Below are positions 57,335 to 64,000 of a stretch of 64,000 bases of DNA, piece by piece. The translations under genes and the position numbers were made by a program. Source of the stretch: a virus (lineage: Duplodnaviria; Caudoviricetes); the IMG/VR virus record IMGVR_UViG_3300025357_000908, positions 32,001-96,000 of that record, one strand, 5' to 3'. Under the pieces are notes generated by a model that worked only from the letters and a program-made list of their open reading frames with translations, ran no database searches and was not told the origin of the DNA. Position 1 is the first letter of the stretch, and the number at the start of each line of letters is the position of its first letter.

Positions 57335-58606
57335 TTAACTATTTAAGTTCTTTTCGTATCTTTCGCTCCACCCTTTATTTTTCCAGTGCGCGTACATTAC
57401 TATTTTATATGGTTTGTCAATACTACGAAAAGTAGCGTTATGTGTGGTTATTTTAAAACTAATATAATCAGGATCCTTTTCTGTATTAAAATCTTTACGG
57501 TATAAACTACCACCACTCTGTGTCTCAATACCAAATGTTATAAACTCGAGTGTATCGTTTTCTGGAGCTTGTTTTTTAAAGAATTCAGCATCCCAACTAC
57601 ATGTAAATCTGTGCTCTCTGGATATAAACTGATTATCATAATCAATTGGATTTGGTGGTTCTTGTACCTTTAAAGTGTAGTCTTGAATACGACAGTTTTT
57701 AAAATCAAACCCACCGTATATTTCATACTCCCGCAATGTACGTTCTTTACCTAAACCATACACTCCCATATCAATACCATGTTCTTCCTGTCCGAACAAC
57801 TGACGAGTCTTATTACGCGCGTATATATCTCTTTCTCCTGAAGTCTTGCCGGTATATTTTTCTGTACCGTGATCATCCCAGTGCTTTACTCTATAGTTAC
57901 GTGTGTATTCATGCCAAATGTATTGACGGTACGGGCTAAAGATGTCATACCCGTTTGTCCATGCTCTCACACTCATTGTAGTTTCCTCTGTATAACCACC
58001 GAAATATATGTCCGGATCATATGGTACTTCGGCAATAAATTTACCAGGTGCTAAAAAGAAATGACCACTAATGGTACGCGCACGTATAACTTTATTACGT
58101 TCTTTATAATCTTGTATATAGTATGGCATGCTCATTAACAGTTTATCCGAACTAAACTCATACTGAGACATTAAACATGGCCCCATATCTGTTATAGGTT
58201 TTTCCGGGTCAAACGGTGTACAATAAGTAGAAATTATAGGTTTTTTAGAAACCGCTAACGCTTGCTCATAGTCTTCTAACAACATTTTATCCCAATCTTG
58301 AGCAAACCGGTGATGTGAGTCTAATTGTAGAGTGAGTTCTTCTCCATCATATAGAGAGTTAGTTAAATTACGTGCCCACCCTAACCCCTCACTTTCAGTG
58401 TATTTCTTTTTAATAACTCTATAATTTGGTTTACCATCATAGTAGTTAGGGTCTTCATCTGGACCGTACTGCCAGCAAATACCAAATGAAAATTGTTCCG
58501 GGTTAGCAGCTTTTGCTAACATATCGTTAATTGTTGGTATTAGTTGCGGGTCTCTATAAGAAGCAAATTGTACAAAAATACGAGGTTTCTTGGTTTTCTT
58601 AGCCAT
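57335..58606 (-). CDS. GT60/Gnt1-like polypeptide (hydroxyproline) GlcNAc-transferase
   Basis: IFVQFASYRD, GWAR, LQLDSHHRF..DWD, VPYDP, EE...SVRAWTNGYDIFSP, WHEY. Confidence 0.85.
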   Translation of the reverse strand: MAKKTKKPRIFVQFASYRDPQLIPTINDMLAKAANPEQFSFGICWQYGPDEDPNYYDGKPNYRVIKKKYTESEGLGWARNLTNSLYDGEELTLQLDSHHRFAQDWDKMLLEDYEQALAVSKKPIISTYCTPFDPEKPITDMGPCLMSQYEFSSDKLLMSMPYYIQDYKERNKVIRARTISGHFFLAPGKFIAEVPYDPDIYFGGYTEETTMSVRAWTNGYDIFSPYRQYIWHEYTRNYRVKHWDDHGTEKYTGKTSGERDIYARNKTRQLFGQEEHGIDMGVYGLGKERTLREYEIYGGFDFKNCRIQDYTLKVQEPPNPIDYDNQFISREHRFTCSWDAEFFKKQAPENDTLEFITFGIETQSGGSLYRKDFNTEKDPDYISFKITTHNATFRSIDKPYKIVMYAHWKNKGWSERYEKNLNS

Positions 58607-58614
58607 AAAAGTAA

Positions 58615-59727
58615 TTACGAGTTGTTTACAGTATTACCACTGTTTTCTTTTTCAAAATCATGTAAAGCTGCTGCTATAACCTGGTGCATATCATAGTATT
58701 TGTATTCTGCCAATCTACCACCAAATAATACATTAGGTAATGCTTTAGTAAGCTCTTTGTATTGATTATATATTTTAGTATTTTTTTCATTATTAATCGG
58801 ATAATAAGGCGTTAGATCTCGTTTCCATTCTTCTGGATACTCTCTTGTAATTAATGTATGGGGTACATTTACCCAATCAAAATGCTTATGTTCAATAATA
58901 CGAGTGTAAGGTATATCTGCAGCTGTGTAATTAATTAATGCATTGCCTTGATAGTCCTTAACTGGAACTACTTCATGCTCAAATCTTGTAGTTCTATAAT
59001 CTAAGTCTCCAAACTGGTAACTAAAGTATGCATCAATCGGACCAGTATATAGTACTTTCTTAGCTATTTTATCCCAGTTATCTTTATCCGCTAAATAATC
59101 GGTATTAAGTTTTACCTCGATACCGGTGAGCATTTTTTCTATAATTTGTGTATAACCACCTATTGGTATACCCTGGTACGTATCAAAGTAATAATTATCG
59201 TCAAAATTAGTTCTTATTGGAATACGTTTAATAATAAACGTTGGTAACTCTTTAGGATCGGTTTTCCATTGCTTTTGAGTATAACCCTTAATAAACGTCT
59301 CGTAAAGCTCTGTACCTATTTCATTGAGACACCACTCTTCCAGATTTTGCGGGTTATCTATTTTTACTTTACTTGCAAGGAGTTTTTTAATTGCTTCTTC
59401 TGGTGTTTTTACACCCCACAGTTGATACAAAGTTAACAAATTAATTGGAAACGAATAAAGCTTATCTTTATAACTTACCTTTGGTCTATTAACAAAGCTA
59501 TTAAATGTAGCAAACTGATTAACATAGTCCCAGATCCTTTTATTAGATGTGTGAAATATATGCGGACCATATTCATGTACATTAATACCATTAACATTTC
59601 TTGTATAAATGTTACCACCTATATGTTCTTTCTTCTCAAGTACTAAGCATTTTTTACCTGCTTTAGTAGCTTCATGTGCAAAGACTGAACCGTATAAGCC
59701 AGATCCAACTATAAGATAATCGTACAT
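58615..59727 (-). CDS. glf: UDP-galactopyranose mutase
   Basis: GSGLYG, HIGGN, HEYGPHIFHT, GYTQKQW, YQGIP, PYYP, GRLAEYKYYDM. Confidence 0.95.
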   Translation of the reverse strand: MYDYLIVGSGLYGSVFAHEATKAGKKCLVLEKKEHIGGNIYTRNVNGINVHEYGPHIFHTSNKRIWDYVNQFATFNSFVNRPKVSYKDKLYSFPINLLTLYQLWGVKTPEEAIKKLLASKVKIDNPQNLEEWCLNEIGTELYETFIKGYTQKQWKTDPKELPTFIIKRIPIRTNFDDNYYFDTYQGIPIGGYTQIIEKMLTGIEVKLNTDYLADKDNWDKIAKKVLYTGPIDAYFSYQFGDLDYRTTRFEHEVVPVKDYQGNALINYTAADIPYTRIIEHKHFDWVNVPHTLITREYPEEWKRDLTPYYPINNEKNTKIYNQYKELTKALPNVLFGGRLAEYKYYDMHQVIAAALHDFEKENSGNTVNNS

Positions 59728-59764
59728 TCAGTATTATTATATAATAATACCGTAGTTATTCAAC

Positions 59765-61705
59765 TTATGGTCCGTTAATCGGTGTAGATATTGATCCAGC
59801 AGAATTATGATGTGTTGTTGGGCTGCTTGCTGCTACAGCTGCATTAGGTCCATTTACAGCTGCTGCTGCATTATTTAACGTTGCAGGATCTGCTACTAAT
59901 TGAAGTGGTAAGTTCTTAAAGTAATGAGTATGTGCTTGATTGATTACCAGCGTAACCGTATCACCACTATAAATTATACCACCGCCTGGCTTGCTAATTT
60001 GAGCACCTGTATCTGTAATTTTAGTAGACTCAGTAACTTGAAATTCTACAGGTGCAGTAACATGTTGTAAGTATGTTTCACCTTTAAGATATTGACCACC
60101 ACCAATAACTACATTTTGACTTACACCCAAATTATCGTCAATAACTACTTGTTGACGGTTACGCGTTCTTAAAGTCATTATATTAGCTATAACAGACAAA
60201 TTAGTACCACCATCAATATTGGTATCATCTGAAGAAGCAATATTGACCTGTTTACCAGCTAATGCCATTATAGTACCACCCATATTAATAGGGCCGGTTG
60301 TCTTGATGTCTATACCACCTGAACCTACCAATAAATTGTAACGATTACCAGCAGTTACTGTATAATTACCACCAGGCATATCATCAATATGTGTATACTC
60401 AATAGCAGGTATTGTAGTAGTAACTTTACCGTTATTGTTATTATATTGCGTTATTGTTTTTGCAGTACCATTATATCTTGTACTTGCAAATTGATTGAAT
60501 ACTAAACCTACATTGACGAGTTTGTGCTTGGTAATTGTTTCAATATAATTTCCACCAAAACCGAGTGCAGCTTCAGCTTCTGCTAACGCATTTGCTTGAG
60601 TAGCTATTGTACCTGCAAGTTCGTTCTTAGTAGCTGTACTTTCTGGTAAAGCTAAAAGATTAGCTATAGAAGTATAATAACTAACCCACGTATTCATTGC
60701 AGCGGTATTCAAGGAACCAGTTTTAACATAATAGTTACCTTGTATGATATTATCAAAATCTCTACCCACCCACAAATTATTGTGTCCTTTTACTGTTTCA
60801 AATTTATCTCTAAGTGTTAACAGCTGTAAATTCTCAGGAGTAAACAAAGAGTTGTATTTGTTATTAAATTCTAAAAACCCTCCAGCAAAGTGTGTAACTT
60901 TAAATGATTCTCTATCTGTGGTGTTAATGATTTCTATTGCTGCACCGCGCTGATTAACAACCATTTTATTACGGTATGTTTCAGTGTTAACGTCGTTTGC
61001 ATTTCTGACATCTTTACCCACACTTTCAAACGTTTGAGGGTAGTCTTGAAATGTACCATCATCGGAACCAAATATACTTGCAAAATCATCTTGACCTAAA
61101 GAAGTTCCCATATACACTGGGTAAGTTGGAACCCCATCCCTAAAAAATACCCAAACATGAGCACCTACATTAGGTATGGCAAATACACCTTTAGCTGCAT
61201 TTGAGTACGTCGAAGGTCTGTATTGAGTACCAGTAGGGTTTATATTATTGGTACCGTTAGCTACAGTATCAGTAAAAGCGTCTGTTAATTTAGTAGCATA
61301 CTTTTCATAAACAAACCCAGGCTTTTCACCCATACGCTCGTTGTTTAAATTGAACTGAGTATAAGAGTTTGAAAAATTTGTACCAGATAAACTATAAGGA
61401 TACGTAGCATCCGAAACGGTAGCTTTGTCTGCGTATGCATTATATGTACCAGATGAACTTTCCCCTGCAATAGGCCCACAATACTCTGCCCAAGGTAAAC
61501 TATCTCTTAAGTCATTAATAATTAAACTTAAGTCTGAATTTATATTGATACCTGGAAACTTAAAATTTCGATCCTGTTGTGTGATTTCCCATTTACTATA
61601 TACGCCAGCATTAGCATGCGGTACCCACACTTTTATACGCCCACGATGTTCCGGGTCGTTATTAGCTATTACTATACCAAGATAAATTGACGGAAAAGTT
61701 TTCAT
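59765..61705 (-). CDS. baseplate central spike (gp5/VgrG-like), no lysozyme domain
   Basis: OB-fold YLGIVIANNDPEHRGRIKV...GVFAIPNVGAHVWVFF; C-terminal beta-helix repeats and HTH motif. Confidence 0.82.
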   Translation of the reverse strand: MKTFPSIYLGIVIANNDPEHRGRIKVWVPHANAGVYSKWEITQQDRNFKFPGININSDLSLIINDLRDSLPWAEYCGPIAGESSSGTYNAYADKATVSDATYPYSLSGTNFSNSYTQFNLNNERMGEKPGFVYEKYATKLTDAFTDTVANGTNNINPTGTQYRPSTYSNAAKGVFAIPNVGAHVWVFFRDGVPTYPVYMGTSLGQDDFASIFGSDDGTFQDYPQTFESVGKDVRNANDVNTETYRNKMVVNQRGAAIEIINTTDRESFKVTHFAGGFLEFNNKYNSLFTPENLQLLTLRDKFETVKGHNNLWVGRDFDNIIQGNYYVKTGSLNTAAMNTWVSYYTSIANLLALPESTATKNELAGTIATQANALAEAEAALGFGGNYIETITKHKLVNVGLVFNQFASTRYNGTAKTITQYNNNNGKVTTTIPAIEYTHIDDMPGGNYTVTAGNRYNLLVGSGGIDIKTTGPINMGGTIMALAGKQVNIASSDDTNIDGGTNLSVIANIMTLRTRNRQQVVIDDNLGVSQNVVIGGGQYLKGETYLQHVTAPVEFQVTESTKITDTGAQISKPGGGIIYSGDTVTLVINQAHTHYFKNLPLQLVADPATLNNAAAAVNGPNAAVAASSPTTHHNSAGSISTPINGP

Positions 61706-62508
61706 GTTATTGCAGCCATTGTCAGTTGGGTCTGGTTACCTATTGTTGAATTAGTTAAATCTACATTTATTTTTGTATCTCCAATAGTAGATGTATCTTC
61801 GTATTCTATTTGAGTGGTCCAGTTGTACGGTACTACTAAATTACCTATAACAGTATTATTGAAAGGTAGGTACGCATTTAGTACAGGGTAAGTACTGTTA
61901 ATACTTGCAATAAGAATATTATTAGTGTTTATAATACGAGTTAAATCCGTATCTGCCATTATTAGGTTACCGTTGTTTGGACTTGTATCTGTACCGGTGG
62001 GCCCAATATTAGCAATATTATTAACAAACAAGGTATTAGCTGCTTTGTAGAAGTTCTTTATTGTTGTGGATATTCCTGCAGGTAATAGGTTATCTATAAT
62101 AGTATTATAAGGAACTGTATTTGTATTGTTTTGATTGTTTACCCGGGATATATACACTAAGCTACCTACTGATTCAGAGAAAGGCTGATAGTACGTGGGT
62201 TGTGTTTGAGATATAGCACTTAACACTAATGTATTTGAATAATACATTGCTTCATCCCACCAATATTTGCTCCAAAAATATGGTAAATTACCCAAATTAA
62301 TACCATCTAAATTAAACGCTGGATTATTAGCAGAAGCGCCTGCTAATTGTGTAAAAAAATCAATTTGTGAACCAATTGGATTTGACGAATGATGAGTAGC
62401 ATAATATGCTTCTGTAACTTGCATCTGCACATCAAAGCCAGAAACACTATATCCTTTCCAGTAAAAGGTAGTGTTGTATAAATCATACGTTCTGACAAAT
62501 GTAGCCAT
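61702..62508 (-). CDS. putative virion structural protein
   Basis: Asn/Thr-rich, between baseplate genes; TAAGTA ends 6 nt before the ATG. Confidence 0.55.
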   Translation of the reverse strand: MATFVRTYDLYNTTFYWKGYSVSGFDVQMQVTEAYYATHHSSNPIGSQIDFFTQLAGASANNPAFNLDGINLGNLPYFWSKYWWDEAMYYSNTLVLSAISQTQPTYYQPFSESVGSLVYISRVNNQNNTNTVPYNTIIDNLLPAGISTTIKNFYKAANTLFVNNIANIGPTGTDTSPNNGNLIMADTDLTRIINTNNILIASINSTYPVLNAYLPFNNTVIGNLVVPYNWTTQIEYEDTSTIGDTKINVDLTNSTIGNQTQLTMAAIT

Positions 62509-62537
62509 TGTTATTACTTATCCCTGTTGTTCAGTTG

Positions 62538-64000
62538 TTACAGTACATCATCTGCAATACGTGTGTTTTTATCCGCATGCGGTTTTACAGCTGTAATGTT
62601 ATTAATATAATTGTTTTGTGTAAAAACGTGCTCAACTTTTATAATATACCATTGTCCTAAGAACTTTTCATCAAAATCAGAATCTACTGCTCCTGTTTTG
62701 CGATCCAAACCAATAAACCTATTACATTTACGGAGCGTTGTACCGGGTGCTGTAAAATGTAAACACTGATTTAAAAAGAACCCCGATTTTAGTATAGCGT
62801 TTCTTGCTTCAGGATAACGTTCAAGCTTTGTACTACCATATGAATACGGTTGTTTAAACGCAACGTTTTCGGTTTTAGTTTTATTTAAAGATAGCAGTGC
62901 AGTGGGTTCTTGATTATATGAAAACTTTTTAACATAGTTGTCCTGAAAATAACTCTTGATACTATCTACTGTATTATCGGCGTAATCTATATTAAAACGT
63001 TTATCTTTTATGCTATTACTTGCGCACGGCATATTAATAAGCATAAACGCATTATCAATAGCAGACATATCAACGAATTGATAATTATCTATAGCACTTT
63101 TGCCACCAAAATTTAAGTTAAGATAGGTAGTATTAGATTGAGGGGTTTTATATAATGAAGGTATTATAACACCGGTTTGTGTAGCCGTTGTTAAATAAAA
63201 TTGTTCAAGTTGATAGGGACCGGCTACCTTGTTAACAACTGCCAGTGAGAGTTCATTAGATAAAGAAGTTAAGTTCCATTCTTTAGTATAACGATCTCTA
63301 TACAATAAAGGCACATCACCATCTATTTGACCAGATTTCTTACTGGCCACGTGTCTATTGAAAAGATATTCTAAGTCATCAATAGAATTATTGTTTGTGG
63401 GTGGTGTATAAAAAATATTACTCGCACCAGGGTCCCAGAATTGATTAAACTTTTGTTCACCGCTTCTTTTATTAAGAGTGTATTGTATTAGACCTTTTAT
63501 TGCTTCCCCTGTAGGAACCTTTCTTTTATTATCAGGCAATACACTCGACTTACCGTTTAGTTCAGGATAAAGAGAGTATAACACATTGTTAGTATTCCAT
63601 CCAGAAGAAGTAGACTCTGCAAACAATTGATAATCGAGTTCCCAGAAATATAACTTTACAAGTTTTTCATTTGGTTTCGTGTTAGGTATATCTTCTATAT
63701 CATATACAGAGAAAATATAGTTAAGCTCCCAACCTGCTGACGGAAACGGGTCTGAATCGATACCCGCTGTAGAATCATCATAAACTGGTTTAATATTAAC
63801 CAACAATAAATCTCTACCATCGTTACGAAACTTATAATTAGCAGCAGCTGATACCCGCTCATTAGGGCGTCGCTCAATCATATTTTCGTTGTTATTAACA
63901 ATTAAGTAACCCCTTTTAAACCATTCCCGGGAATCTTCTTCAATTGATAGTTCAACTAACGCAGCTGTATTAATACCAAAAAAAGTGTCTTTGGAGTTAA
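62538..64000 (-). CDS. baseplate hub/tail protein (gp27/GpD-like), 5' end beyond the window
   Basis: Frame stays open from 63881 to the window edge; C-terminal GQWYIIKVEHVF...ITAVK; upstream of the gp5-like gene. Confidence 0.6.
   Translation of the reverse strand, partial: NSKDTFFGINTAALVELSIEEDSREWFKRGYLIVNNNENMIERRPNERVSAAANYKFRNDGRDLLLVNIKPVYDDSTAGIDSDPFPSAGWELNYIFSVYDIEDIPNTKPNEKLVKLYFWELDYQLFAESTSSGWNTNNVLYSLYPELNGKSSVLPDNKRKVPTGEAIKGLIQYTLNKRSGEQKFNQFWDPGASNIFYTPPTNNNSIDDLEYLFNRHVASKKSGQIDGDVPLLYRDRYTKEWNLTSLSNELSLAVVNKVAGPYQLEQFYLTTATQTGVIIPSLYKTPQSNTTYLNLNFGGKSAIDNYQFVDMSAIDNAFMLINMPCASNSIKDKRFNIDYADNTVDSIKSYFQDNYVKKFSYNQEPTALLSLNKTKTENVAFKQPYSYGSTKLERYPEARNAILKSGFFLNQCLHFTAPGTTLRKCNRFIGLDRKTGAVDSDFDEKFLGQWYIIKVEHVFTQNNYINNITAVKPHADKNTRIADDVL

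Overview
64-kb fragment of a large, AT-rich T4-like (myovirus-type) phage genome in the standard genetic code. No CRISPR array, rRNA, integrase or transposase was seen. It carries most of a T4-type replication, recombination and late-transcription set (gp43, gp41, gp61, gp32, gp45, gp62-like, UvsX/Y/W, gp46/47, RNase H, gp55, gp4, GroES-like) and, at the right end, baseplate genes (gp5-like spike, hub). It also has a dispersed but complete 7-deazaguanine pathway (folE, queD, queE, queC, queF), with a TGT-fold DpdA-like gene, a PurN-like formyltransferase and a kinase directly behind the DNA polymerase, and unexplained extras (a stand-alone class II glutamine amidotransferase after queC, DUF366, a second kinase, a dNTP diphosphohydrolase domain). 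Accessory genes include about 11 glycosyltransferases (one GT60/Gnt1-like), UDP-galactopyranose mutase, five 2OG-Fe(II) oxygenases, two halogenase-like flavoproteins, a ClpP-like protein, an outer-membrane beta-barrel, tmRNA, tRNA-Gly and tRNA-Glu. Reading the intergenic DNA shows two recurrent promoter classes that mostly end 4-9 nt before start codons (predicting largely leaderless mRNAs), a dispersed set of late genes with capsid-targeting-like N-termini, a candidate origin/ncRNA locus and one structured leader. All calls come from motif recognition by eye; no database search was run.
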